This document shows, piece by piece, positions 27,443 to 37,161 of a stretch of DNA of 64,000 nt. Within the stretch, counting starts at the first letter, position 1, and each line of letters opens with the position of its first letter. The stretch is from assembly GCA_963577735.1 (NCBI GenBank), contig CAUZAW010000001.1, positions 9 through 64,008 on the forward strand, written 5' to 3'. A program made the translations under genes and the position numbers. The notes under the pieces were generated by a model, which saw only the letters and a program-made list of their open reading frames with translations, did not search any database and had not been told where the DNA came from. Source of the stretch: Phycisphaerae bacterium. Lineage in GTDB: Bacteria > Planctomycetota > Phycisphaerae > Phycisphaerales > Phycisphaeraceae.

Positions 27443-28930
27443 ATGATGGGTAAGTCGACAGGGTTCATGGAACACACTCGCCAACTTCCCGACGACCGTG
27501 CGCCCGGGCGGCGTGTCGCGGACTGGCAGGAGTTTCACGAACACCTCGACGAAGACGTGTTGCGTGATCAAGGCGCCCGCTGTATGGATTGTGGCGTCCC
27601 GTTTTGCCACACCGGCACCTTGCTCAATGGCATGGCCGCCGGCTGTCCGATCAACAACCTCATCCCCGAATGGAATGACCTAGTCTATAAGGGCCAGTGG
27701 CGCGATGCACTCGATCGCCTGCACAAGACGAATAATTTTCCTGAATTCACCGGCCGCGTTTGTCCGGCTCCTTGTGAGGGTTCCTGCGTGCTGGGCATCA
27801 ACGAGCCGCCGGTGACCATCAAAAATATTGAATGCACCATCATCGATCGCGGTTTTGAGCACGGCTGGGTGACACCCAACTTGCCTGCAGCCCGAACCGG
27901 CAAGCAGGTGGCCGTCGTCGGTTCCGGCCCCTCCGGCCTGGCGTGTGCAGCCCAGCTCAATAAAGCGGGCCACCAGGTCACCGTCTACGAGCGAGCTGAC
28001 CGCGTCGGTGGGTTGCTGATGTACGGCATTCCCAATATGAAGCTTGACAAGTCCGTCGTGCAGCGCCGCGTGGATGTCATGGTCGAAGAGGGCGTTAAGT
28101 TTGTCACCAACACGCAGATTGGCAAAGATTTGTCCGCCGACAAGTTGATGGCCGACTTCGACGCCGCCTGTCTTTGCACCGGCGCAACCAAGCCGCGCGA
28201 TTTGCCCATCGAGGGCCGTGATCTGCCGGGCGTCCATTTTGCCATGGAATTTCTCCACGCCAACACCAAAAGCCTGCTCGATTCCAAGCATCAGGACGGC
28301 AACTTCATCAGCGCCGCGGGCAAGGATGTGATCGTCATAGGCGGTGGCGACACCGGCACCGACTGCGTGGGCACCGCTATGCGCCATGGCTGCAAAAGTC
28401 TCGTCCAATTTGAAATTTTGCCAAAGCCACCCGATGAGCGCGCCGCCGACAATCCTTGGCCGCAATGGCCCAAGGTTTATAGTCTTGACTATGGTCAGGA
28501 GGAGGCAGCCGTCGTGTTTGGCGGGGACCCTCGTACGTACTGCATCATGACCAAGAAGTGCGTCGCCGATGACCAAGGCCAACTCAAAGAGTTGCACACC
28601 ACGCTTATTGAATGGGGAAAAGATGCCAATGGCCGGTTTGTGCCCAAGGATATTCCCGGCACCGAAAAGGTCTACCCCGCCCAGCTCGTGCTCTTGGCCA
28701 TGGGGTTCCTCGGCCCCGAACAGACCATCGCCGAGCAGTTGGGTATGGAGATCGATGATCGGTCCAACTTCAAGGCCGAGCATGAAAATTACACCACGTC
28801 TATCAAGGGCGTCTTCGCCGCCGGCGACTGCCGTCGCGGCCAGTCCCTGGTCGTCTGGGCCATCAACGAGGGACGCGGCGCCGCCCGTGAATGCGATCGC
28901 TACCTCATGGGCGCTACTCGCCTGCCGTAA
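27443..28930 (+). CDS. gltD: Glutamate synthase small subunit (NADPH)
   Basis: Has [13 protein letters not shown]..., the Fe-S cysteines [10 protein letters not shown], and [19 protein letters not shown] lies just upstream of ATG 27443/27446. The track start at 27317 overlaps gltB. Confidence 0.92.
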   Translation: MMGKSTGFMEHTRQLPDDRAPGRRVADWQEFHEHLDEDVLRDQGARCMDCGVPFCHTGTLLNGMAAGCPINNLIPEWNDLVYKGQWRDALDRLHKTNNFPEFTGRVCPAPCEGSCVLGINEPPVTIKNIECTIIDRGFEHGWVTPNLPAARTGKQVAVVGSGPSGLACAAQLNKAGHQVTVYERADRVGGLLMYGIPNMKLDKSVVQRRVDVMVEEGVKFVTNTQIGKDLSADKLMADFDAACLCTGATKPRDLPIEGRDLPGVHFAMEFLHANTKSLLDSKHQDGNFISAAGKDVIVIGGGDTGTDCVGTAMRHGCKSLVQFEILPKPPDERAADNPWPQWPKVYSLDYGQEEAAVVFGGDPRTYCIMTKKCVADDQGQLKELHTTLIEWGKDANGRFVPKDIPGTEKVYPAQLVLLAMGFLGPEQTIAEQLGMEIDDRSNFKAEHENYTTSIKGVFAAGDCRRGQSLVVWAINEGRGAARECDRYLMGATRLP

Positions 28931-29004
28931 GTGCCCCCTTGCCGCAAAATGCCGTCTGCTACAATTTCGAGCGGACCTCGAGCACCAGGTGATCAGGTGA
29001 AGCT

Positions 29005-30529
29005 GTGAACATCGACGAGTTGGTCTTGCAGACGAACTTCACCGTTTTGGATTTGTTCATCGTGGCGGTGTACTTGGCTGTTACGGTCGCGATAGGGCTG
29101 TACGCCAATCGTTACATCACCGACATGAGTGACTACCTCGTGGCGGGAAGGTCAATCAAGTCGTGTCTTGGCATTGCCACGATGATTGGTACGGAGTTGG
29201 GGCTGGTGACGGTTATGTACATGGGGCAAAAGGGAGTCACAGACGGTTTCGCCGCATTTCACATTGGAGTCGCAGCGGGCCTCGACGCCCTGTTTCTCTG
29301 ATTAACTGGATTTATCGTTGTGCCGCTTCGTCGGGAGGGCGTGATGACGATTCCTGAGTATTACGGAAAACGCTTCAGCCGTGGTGTGAGGATACTTGGC
29401 GGAGTGATTCTTGCTGTGGCCGGTATTCTGAACACGGGGGTGTTCCTGAAGATCGGAGCAATGTTCGTCACGGACCTTACCGGTCTGGAACCTACATATA
29501 TCAAGGCGGTGATGAGTGTTTTGCTGCTTCTGGTTTTGACCCACACGATTCTGGGCGGCCTGGTTTCAGTGATCATTACAGACTATCTGCAGTTTGCAGT
29601 GTTATCGTTCGGGCTGCTCCTGGCCTGTGGCGTTGCGGTGGCCAAGGTCGGCTGGGGCAATATCGTTAGCACGGTGACTTTGGTGCACGGCGAAGCAGGC
29701 TTCAATCCTTTTACAGGTGACGGTTTCGGGGGCGAATACGTGTTGTGGATGGTGCTCAGCGCGGGCGTCATGGCGGCTGGCGTTTGGCCGACTGCAGTGA
29801 TGCGAGTCTGCGCTGCGGAAAACACCCGCGTGGTCAGACGCCTCTATTGCTGGTCGGCGGTAGGGTTCATGATCCGGTCAATTCTTCCCATGTTCCTGGG
29901 GATTTGCGTGGTAGCCTACTTTTGGCATCACCAAGCCTTGCGAGAATCCTTCTTTCCCGATGGCAAGAATGGTTGGCGACGCCACCGCTACGCTTTCGAC
30001 AATGCCGCTGTTTTTAGGCCAGATTCTGCCCATGGGAGTGATTGGTCTCGTCGCCGCGGGAATGCTCGCGGTATTCATGTCGACACATGACAGCTACCTG
30101 TTGTGCTGGGCATCCGTGGTTGTACAGGATGTGATCGCGCCGAGCGTGCCGGGCGGGTTGTCAACCAAGGCAAGACTGCTGCTCGCCCGCCTGTTTATAT
30201 TGTTGGTCGGGTTATTTCTACTGTTCTTCGGCCTTTGGTATCAAATGGAGCGACAGGACGTACTGGATTATCTTTGGATAACGGGGGCTGTTTACTTTAC
30301 CGGCGCGTTTGTCCTGCTTGCCACGGGATTGTATTGGAAGCGTGCCAGCACTGTGGGCGCCTATCTTGCGCTGATCGCGGGCACATTTGCGATTCTGGGT
30401 CTTGAGTCGTTGACGCAGACCTTGGGGCCGTGCCCTCGGCTAAGTGCTATCATTGGGATATCGACAACGATCGTGGCATTGCTGTTGATGATTGTTGGGT
30501 CATTGATTTTCCGAGACGATTACCTGTAG
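29005..30529 (+). pseudogene. Sodium:solute symporter (SSF) family gene interrupted by an in-frame TGA and a frameshift
   Basis: Three track ORFs (29005-29301, 29320-30090, 29960-30529) together read as one SSF protein. The first two share a frame and are separated by TGA 29299-29301. The third is +1 shifted, with the switch between about 29950 and 29985. SSF-like motifs include VMTIPEYYGKRF and AAGMLAVFMSTHDSYLL. Confidence 0.75.
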
Positions 30530-30548
30530 ACTGACTTTCAATGGACAT

Positions 30549-30698
30549 GTGGATAATATTGTGTTGATTGTCGGCCTTGTGTTGTTTCTGGGCTTGGTCG
30601 TTGTCGTCGTCCTTGGGGGGATGCGCGATATTACGGCGATGTTCAAGGGCATTGACGCACGGCATCCTGATCAAGGAAAACCAGAAGCTGGCGATTGA
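30549..30698 (+). CDS. Candidate 49-aa single-TM small protein (symporter small accessory-like)
   Basis: GTG 30549 to TGA 30696-30698 translates to (M)DNIVLIVGLVLFLGLVVVVVLGGMRDITAMFKGIDARHPDQGKPEAGD. It starts 20 nt after the symporter stop and is below the track cut-off. Confidence 0.4.
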   Translation: MDNIVLIVGLVLFLGLVVVVVLGGMRDITAMFKGIDARHPDQGKPEAGD

Positions 30699-30763
30699 CT
30701 CGATCGTCACCAAGTTTGCAGTCGGCCAGTCCGTGGCCACACATGAATTTCCCGCTAAAGACC

Positions 30764-32533
30764 ATGGCAACTACTTCAATCTCGATTGACCAGCTGGTCC
30801 GCGTGGCCACGCTGGACGAATTGAACACCAAGAGGGTGATCGTTGTGCAAGGCGCCGATCGGCCGATTGCGGTCTTTGCCAACGACGGCCAGCCCATGGC
30901 CGTGGACAACCGTTGTCCGCACATGGGGTTCCCCATGCACAAGGGTTCGGTCAAGCAGGGGATCGTTACCTGCCATTGGCACGAGGCCCGTTTTGATTTG
31001 TGCAGCGGCTGTACCTTTGACCTGTTTGCAGACGACCTGCCCGCGTTTGATTGCCATGTGCACGACGGCGTGGTGTTCGTCCGGCCAACGTTCAGGCAAC
31101 TGGCGTCGGCCGATTACTTTCGTAATCGCCTCGAACGCGGTATGCAGCAGAACATCAGTCTCATCCAGGGCAAAGCCATCATCGGTCTGCTCAAGTCGGG
31201 CATTGGCGTCGGCGAAATTGTCCGCCAAGTGGCGATGTTCGGCAGCGCCAACCACGACAACTGGCAGGCAGGCATGACCAGCCTCACCGCGGTAGCGAAC
31301 CTGTTCGATGAACTGGATGAGCAGACCGCATACTTCGCGTTATTCAAGGGCGTCAGCCAAGTAGCCGGTGACTGTGCCGGGGCTGCGCCCCGTCGGCCGC
31401 GCCACGCACTGGATACGGATGCCCATGGTCACGGTAGGCTCAAACAGTGGATGCACCACTGGACGCAGGTCCGCCACCGCGACGGAGCTGAGCGGACCCT
31501 ACTGACCGCCATCAACGATCAGTCGCCCGGCGAACAACTGACCGATGTGCTCTTCAGTGTTGTCACCGACCGACCGTATGCCAATGCTGGGCATGTGCTT
31601 GATTTTTGCAACAAGGCGATTGAGCTTCTCGCCCTGATAGGGGCCGAGCACGCGCCAGCGATTCTGCCGCTGGTGTTGTCCTCGCTTGTCACGGCACGCG
31701 GCGGCGAGGAAGACGGAGCCTGGCGCCACCCCATCGATCTGATGGGCCCATTGCGCGAAGCAGAAGCGGCGCTGCCGAGCCTTATGGAAAAAGCCGAGGT
31801 AGGCGCATGGCAGTACGACGAGTCGTTCGGCCAAACGATCCTGGGTGAAGATCCCCTCGCTATCATTGATGCGCTGCGTGACGCGATCGCCAGAGGTGCT
31901 CGCCCGCAGCAATTGACCAAGCACCTTTGCTACGCCTCTGCCATGCGCCTGGCCCGTTTTGCTCTGACCAATGACGTACGCGATTGGTTCTCGCCGGTTC
32001 ACACGTTTACCCATTGCAACGCTCTGCATCAAACAGTGTTACGCTGCCAGTCACCGAAAATCGTCCGCGGTATTTTTCATGCGGGCCTTGCCGTGTACAT
32101 GGACCGATTTTTGAATGTCCCGCCCGCCAAATTGCCCGGCGAACGCCAACCTCTCGATCTGGCGCCGATAGACGGCGGCGAGTTGCTTAGGCAACTGCTC
32201 GATTCACTCGATCATCGCCACGAAGTGGACAAGGCGGCGACGGTCGTGGCGCGTTATGTGCGACTGGGCCACCCCATCAGGCCTCTGGTCAACGCGATGG
32301 TGTTTGCCGTTGTTCGTGAGGATCTTGACTTTCACGCCTTGCAGGTGATCGAAGCCGGCGTGCAGCAGTACCGACTCTGGCAGGAGTCGACCGGGGGGGA
32401 AGGCGAACGCATCCTCGTGGCCGTGACTCGTTATCTGGCATCGCAATGCCCGACCCGTCGCGCCGGTTTGCAGACGGCGCGCATCGCGCTTAGATTGCAA
32501 CGCGGCGACAGGATTTACGAGGACGGAGACTAG
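30764..32533 (+). CDS. Rieske [2Fe-2S] domain protein fused to a large uncharacterised C-terminal domain
   Basis: Has CPHMGFPMHKGSVKQGIVTCHWH (CxH-x16-CxxH). The remaining ~480 aa have no motif I recognise. ATG 30764 is preferred over the track start at 30695. Confidence 0.75.
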   Translation: MATTSISIDQLVRVATLDELNTKRVIVVQGADRPIAVFANDGQPMAVDNRCPHMGFPMHKGSVKQGIVTCHWHEARFDLCSGCTFDLFADDLPAFDCHVHDGVVFVRPTFRQLASADYFRNRLERGMQQNISLIQGKAIIGLLKSGIGVGEIVRQVAMFGSANHDNWQAGMTSLTAVANLFDELDEQTAYFALFKGVSQVAGDCAGAAPRRPRHALDTDAHGHGRLKQWMHHWTQVRHRDGAERTLLTAINDQSPGEQLTDVLFSVVTDRPYANAGHVLDFCNKAIELLALIGAEHAPAILPLVLSSLVTARGGEEDGAWRHPIDLMGPLREAEAALPSLMEKAEVGAWQYDESFGQTILGEDPLAIIDALRDAIARGARPQQLTKHLCYASAMRLARFALTNDVRDWFSPVHTFTHCNALHQTVLRCQSPKIVRGIFHAGLAVYMDRFLNVPPAKLPGERQPLDLAPIDGGELLRQLLDSLDHRHEVDKAATVVARYVRLGHPIRPLVNAMVFAVVREDLDFHALQVIEAGVQQYRLWQESTGGEGERILVAVTRYLASQCPTRRAGLQTARIALRLQRGDRIYEDGD

Positions 32534-32639
32534 CCGGAGTCCATGGGTATATTTATCCGGCGAGATACGATTGATGTTGTTTGGCCACGCAAGCCACATC
32601 CAGTTTTGGGGCAAAGTTTAGAACGCGTAGGAGAAATCT

Positions 32640-33398
32640 ATGGCACTGGCACAGGAGCAGATCAACCACTTTCACCGTGAAGGCTACCTAAGGATAGGTA
32701 AAATTTTGGAGAATGATGAGCTCGTATTGCTCAGGGAGCAATACGAGCTCGAGTTTGAAAAGGCACGCGGTTCAAACACGTATACGAATCTTTCCCTCGA
32801 GGCCGGAGACGATTCCGAGGCCAAAGAAATCATCCCCCAGCGCATGCTGCAAATCACGCAGATGTGTGAGCGAAACATCCACTATCGTCGACTGGTTCAT
32901 AACGAAAAAATTCTGGATATTGCCGAGGACCTGATCGGCCCGAATATCCAACTGTTCCATGACCAGGCGCTGTTCAAGCCTGCTAGCGACGGCGGTGCTG
33001 TTTTCTGGCATCAGGACAACGCCTATTGGACATGCCGGCCCGCAAACATGATTTCATGCTGGCTGACGCTTGACGATACGGACACCAAGAATGGCGCGAT
33101 GCAGGTGATCCCGGGCAGCCACCTGACGCTGGTCCCTCACGAGCTAAGCAAAGAAAGAAGCGCGTTGCTTTACGTGAAGGATCAGGATGACTCTAGGGCA
33201 GTCGCCATCGAGCTGCCCGCAGGAGGCTGCATGTTTCATCATTGCCAAACCCTGCACTACACGCAACCGAACGAAACCGACCGCCAGCGCAGAGCTTTTG
33301 TGATTCACCTCATGATGCCCGGAACGCGATCCGCCATGGAATCGGACAAAGATTTCGAGGTTGGCTTCAAAAGGCCCTTGCTGCGGGCGAAGGCATGA
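32640..33398 (+). CDS. Phytanoyl-CoA dioxygenase (PhyH) family Fe(II)/2-oxoglutarate oxygenase
   Basis: Has FHREGYL, WHQDNAYW (HxD) and a distal His in MFHHCQTLHYT. AGGAGA lies upstream of the ATG. Confidence 0.8.
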   Translation: MALAQEQINHFHREGYLRIGKILENDELVLLREQYELEFEKARGSNTYTNLSLEAGDDSEAKEIIPQRMLQITQMCERNIHYRRLVHNEKILDIAEDLIGPNIQLFHDQALFKPASDGGAVFWHQDNAYWTCRPANMISCWLTLDDTDTKNGAMQVIPGSHLTLVPHELSKERSALLYVKDQDDSRAVAIELPAGGCMFHHCQTLHYTQPNETDRQRRAFVIHLMMPGTRSAMESDKDFEVGFKRPLLRAKA

Positions 33399-33494
33399 TA
33401 GATGGCATGAGATAATATGGCAGGAATGATTACGGGGATCATTGGAACTTTTTTTTACTGTCGGGACGCATAATCCAGTGGGTCATGTAAAAAT

Positions 33495-35618
33495 TCATCT
33501 GCCCACAGCGTCGTTGCCGTGCGAATCAATTTCTCGTTTTGCCTGTTCGACAAACGTTTCCAGGCCGACGGCACCTAGGTCGCCGCGGCTGCGGTCGCGC
33601 ACGCTCACGGTGCCTGCCGCTTCATCCTTGCCGCCGACTACCAGCATATAGGGGATCTTCATATCTTGGGCCACCTTGATTTTGGCGTTGAGTCGTTCGT
33701 TGGAGCTGTCCAGCGTGGCCCGCAGCCCGGCCGTTTTCATTGCTGACAGGACCGTGTGTGCATACTCAAGAAACTTGTCGCTGACCGGCAGGACTCGCAC
33801 CTGCTGCGGTGCCAGCCAAAGTGGAAATGCGCCGTTATAGTGCTCGATCAAAATCCCCACGAACCGTTCCATGGACCCGAACGGCGCGCGGTGGATCATT
33901 ACCGGCTGATGGGTCTGGTTGTCTTTTCCGACGTATTCCAGTGCGAACCGTTGAGGCAGGTTATAGTCGAGTTGGACGGTGCCGAGTTGCCATTGCCTGC
34001 CGATCACGTCACGCACCACGAAATCCACCTTCGGGCCGTAGAACGCGGCCTCACCCACGTATTCCACGTAGTTCACCTTCATCTGTTGCAGCACCTCGCG
34101 AAGCTCCGCCTCGGCCCGGTCCCAGACGGCCGGGTCGCCGGCATATTTGTCCGCGTCCGGATCGCGTAGGCTCAAACGGATGGACACATCCTCGAATCCG
34201 AACGTGTCGAACACGAACTGTGTTAGTTCTACTGTGGCCGCAAACTCGTCCTTGACCTGTTCATGCGTGCAGAAGATGTGGGCATCGTCCTGCGTAAAGC
34301 CACGCACCCGCGTCATGCCGGCCAACTCGCCCGATTGTTCGAAACGGTAAACCGTGCCGAACTCAGCCAGCCGCACCGGCAGGTCGCGATAGCTGTGCGG
34401 CTGCGACGCATAAATCTTGATGTGATGCGGACAGTTCATCGGTTTGAGCAGATACTGCTCGTCGGAGTCACGCATCTGGATAGGCGGGAACTGGCTGTCT
34501 GCGTAGTAGGGGTAGTGCCCGCTGGTCTTGTAAAGATCGATCTTGCCGATGTGCGGCGTGTAAACGATCTCGTAACCGCGTCGCAGCAGTTCATCTTGCA
34601 GAAACTGTTGCAGCAACATTCGCACCATGGCGCCTCGGGGTTTCCAGAGAATCAGCCCTTGGCCAACTTGCTCATCGATGGTAAATAGATCCAGCTTTTG
34701 GCCGAGGACCCGGTGGTCGCGCTGCTTGGCTTTTTCCATGAGTTCGAGGTGTTCATCCAGGTCGGCTTGGGTAAAGAAGGCCGTGCCGTATACCCGCTGA
34801 AACTGGTCGCTATTGCTGTCGCCATGCCAGTAGCTGCTGGCCACGGACATGACCTTGAACGCACCGATATGACCCGTGCTTGGCAGATGCGGGCCCATGC
34901 ACAGGTCTTCGAAAAATGCTTGTGGAACTTGTGGGTCGTAAGGGCCGGTGACGTACCACGAAAGCAGTGGATCACCACTATCTCCCGTTAATTTATTGAG
35001 CAATGAATTTGCTAGGTCCAGTGGAGTTTCGTTTAGAAGCTGCGCTTGCAGGTCTGCAGCTACTTTTTCCTGCATGGCACCCAATGCTTGTTGCACTGCG
35101 CGATTGGCGTTGTCGAGTTTGTACTTATTTCCCTCGGGTTTAAGCTTTTTCAGCCCTTCTGAAGCGGACAATTCATACCGCGTGAACGGCTGGTCCTCAG
35201 CAATAATCTTGCCCATCTCCTTTTCAATGCACCCAAAATCGTCACTACTGATCGGCGTTTCCAGATAGAGGTCGTAGTAGTAGCCATTGTCCAGCGGCGG
35301 CCCGTAAGCCAGTTGGGCCTTGGGCCAGAGTCGGCAGATCGCCTCAGACATGACATGGGCGCACGAGTGGCGAAGCAGGTATAGCGCGTCGGCATCTGGT
35401 TCGCCCTTGGACCTGCCGTTTTTGCTCGTGCGCGGCCTGGTGACGATCGCTAGGTTGGCATCTCGGTCGATGGGCTGATTCAGGTCCACCAGCTGCCCGT
35501 CGACCTTGGCGCCGATAGCGGCTTGGGCAAGACCAGGGCCAATTTCGACCGCCACCTGGCCCGCGTTTACCGGCCCGTCGTATTCCTTGACGCTGCCGTC
35601 CGGTAGTGTAATCCGCAT
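33495..35618 (-). CDS. thrS: Threonine--tRNA ligase
   Basis: Has a TGS domain (MRITLPDGSVKEYDG), the editing-domain motifs HSCAHVM and DLCMGPHL, class II core motifs, and a C-terminal anticodon-binding domain. 707 aa. Confidence 0.93.
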   Translation of the reverse strand: MRITLPDGSVKEYDGPVNAGQVAVEIGPGLAQAAIGAKVDGQLVDLNQPIDRDANLAIVTRPRTSKNGRSKGEPDADALYLLRHSCAHVMSEAICRLWPKAQLAYGPPLDNGYYYDLYLETPISSDDFGCIEKEMGKIIAEDQPFTRYELSASEGLKKLKPEGNKYKLDNANRAVQQALGAMQEKVAADLQAQLLNETPLDLANSLLNKLTGDSGDPLLSWYVTGPYDPQVPQAFFEDLCMGPHLPSTGHIGAFKVMSVASSYWHGDSNSDQFQRVYGTAFFTQADLDEHLELMEKAKQRDHRVLGQKLDLFTIDEQVGQGLILWKPRGAMVRMLLQQFLQDELLRRGYEIVYTPHIGKIDLYKTSGHYPYYADSQFPPIQMRDSDEQYLLKPMNCPHHIKIYASQPHSYRDLPVRLAEFGTVYRFEQSGELAGMTRVRGFTQDDAHIFCTHEQVKDEFAATVELTQFVFDTFGFEDVSIRLSLRDPDADKYAGDPAVWDRAEAELREVLQQMKVNYVEYVGEAAFYGPKVDFVVRDVIGRQWQLGTVQLDYNLPQRFALEYVGKDNQTHQPVMIHRAPFGSMERFVGILIEHYNGAFPLWLAPQQVRVLPVSDKFLEYAHTVLSAMKTAGLRATLDSSNERLNAKIKVAQDMKIPYMLVVGGKDEAAGTVSVRDRSRGDLGAVGLETFVEQAKREIDSHGNDAVGR

Positions 35619-35703
35619 CGCATGGGCTCCAATGGCTTGGTGGGTTGAATCTTATCAGATCGTCGTTTTTTGCCCATAGCCAAGATATCATGACCCAAGC
35701 GTT

Positions 35704-36363
35704 ATGGGATTCTCACTTTCACATCGCAAGACATTGGACGTTGCACATGTCGGTATCTCTGCCGACCAGTTGCCGCCGTTTGGTGACGGGCCCGTTGATC
35801 TGTGCCGATGGTTCGATGCCTCGACTGTTGATCGTCCGTTGGAGCTGGAGATTGGTTGCGGCAAAGGCACGTTTCTGGTTCAGCAGGCTGCGTTAGTCCC
35901 GCAGGTCAATTACATCGCCTTGGAATACGCCGCCGCCTTTTGGCGTTACGCGGCAGATCGGTGTCGCCGACGGCAATTGGATAATGTCCGCATTGTTCGT
36001 GTCGAGGCGGATTTTTTTGTGCGTAACTACGTTCCAGACGCTTGCTTTCAACGGGTTCACATCTACTTTCCCGACCCTTGGCCCAAGAAGCGCCACCACA
36101 AACGAAGATTGATCCAGGCTCCGTTTCTACAACAGTTGCACCAGGTACTGATTAAGCGTGGGTTGATCTGCATTGTCACGGACCATGCGGACTATTTTCA
36201 ATGGATTTGCAAGCACTGTGCCCAGGTCGCGGGGGCTTTCGATCAATTGCCGTTTGTCAGGCCCGATTCGGCTGGCGAGGAGGAATGGGTTGGCACTAAC
36301 TTCGAGCGTAAGTATCGCCGTGAAGGCCGGCCTTTTCATGGTTTACTGCTGCAAAAACGTTGA
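35704..36363 (+). CDS. trmB: tRNA (guanine-N7)-methyltransferase
   Basis: Has LELEIGCGKGTFL (SAM-binding) and IYFPDPWPKKRHHKRRL. Confidence 0.9.
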   Translation: MGFSLSHRKTLDVAHVGISADQLPPFGDGPVDLCRWFDASTVDRPLELEIGCGKGTFLVQQAALVPQVNYIALEYAAAFWRYAADRCRRRQLDNVRIVRVEADFFVRNYVPDACFQRVHIYFPDPWPKKRHHKRRLIQAPFLQQLHQVLIKRGLICIVTDHADYFQWICKHCAQVAGAFDQLPFVRPDSAGEEEWVGTNFERKYRREGRPFHGLLLQKR

Positions 36364-36394
36364 TCGAGTAAGGTATGGAGGCGATGCCAGGTCC

Positions 36395-36907
36395 ATGTGG
36401 GGCAATAAACCAGTGTATTTGCGAATTCATCTATACACGAAGTTTTGGATAATAGGGATATGTGCTGCCGGCGTTGTATTGGTCGGCTGCGGACCTCAAC
36501 CCACAGAGCTTGGCTTCAATGGTGCCGATGCCACCAAGCCAGTCAAAATCCTGCGCAACAAAAGCGGGTCACACGCGGCATTGCCCGACCATGGCCTGTG
36601 GCTGATCAATTCCGATGAGCAACTGGAAGCATTGGATGCCGAAGTCTTATTCGACCTGAACGTGGACTTTGAAACTGAATCACTCGTGCTCGTCACCTTG
36701 GGCCGCCAGCCCACCGGCGGGCATTGGATCAAGATCACCGCGGTCAGCCGTGCCGGCGGCGCGCTCTATATCCACGGCTGGGCCAACCGGCCCAGCCCAG
36801 ATCAGGTGACCGTTCAAATACTGACCTTCCCCTACGCTGCCGCAGTCATCTCCAAAATACAGGCAACTACCCTTCACCCCGAGATAGACTCGACTAATAC
36901 CTATTGA
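36395..36907 (+). CDS. PrcB C-terminal-domain-like lipoprotein
   Basis: Has ...GVVLVGCGPQP (lipobox) and SLVLVTLGRQPTGGHWIKITAV, which resembles the PrcB_C signature. The track ORF (from 36173) overlaps trmB in another frame, so ATG 36395 is preferred. Confidence 0.55.
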   Translation: MWGNKPVYLRIHLYTKFWIIGICAAGVVLVGCGPQPTELGFNGADATKPVKILRNKSGSHAALPDHGLWLINSDEQLEALDAEVLFDLNVDFETESLVLVTLGRQPTGGHWIKITAVSRAGGALYIHGWANRPSPDQVTVQILTFPYAAAVISKIQATTLHPEIDSTNTY

Positions 36908-37008
36908 GTCCAATAACCCTCTAGTTAAGTGGCAAGGGCAAGAAAAGAGGTATTCCCGCAGATAAATTCCCTCTGGAGTTCATCAAGCACCTCATCTGCA
37001 GTATTAAA

Positions 37009-37161
37009 ATGGATAATCTAGTTTGCCCAAACTGTACTCTCGTACAAAATTCGTATGCTCAAAAACAATTAAGACTTGACTACACAGCAATTTACTGTAA
37101 TTTAGAGTGTGAGGTGGTAGTGACACAGCACGCTATGTGGAGGGACGGAGCCCGAGGGTGA
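37009..37161 (+). CDS. Speculative 50-aa Cys-containing small ORF in the AT-rich leader of the export operon
   Basis: Translates to MDNLVCPNCTLVQNSYAQKQLRLDYTAIYCNLECEVVVTQHAMWRDGARG (CxxC-x20-CxxxC). No clear RBS, and A/T-ending codons atypical for the window. Confidence 0.15.
   Translation: MDNLVCPNCTLVQNSYAQKQLRLDYTAIYCNLECEVVVTQHAMWRDGARG

Noticed and set aside
22977-28783. Long antisense ORFs inside gltB/gltD (for example 22977-23642, 25845-26372, 26631-27272, 27680-28783 at 367 aa)
   Set aside because: These are typical GC-rich antisense open frames. Their translations are Gly/Ala/Arg/His-rich with no motifs, while the sense strand encodes unmistakable GltB/GltD.
29299-29301. In-frame TGA in the symporter as selenocysteine or programmed read-through
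   Set aside because: I saw no SECIS-like hairpin immediately downstream (sequence ttaactggatttatcgttgtgcc). There are no sel genes in the window. A membrane-helix position is not a plausible Sec site. The same gene also has a frameshift, which favours decay or sequencing error.
36173-36394. 5' extension of the PrcB-like ORF overlapping the trmB 3' end in another frame
   Set aside because: The overlap with the strongly supported trmB is 190 nt. The signal peptide and lipobox begin after ATG 36395.
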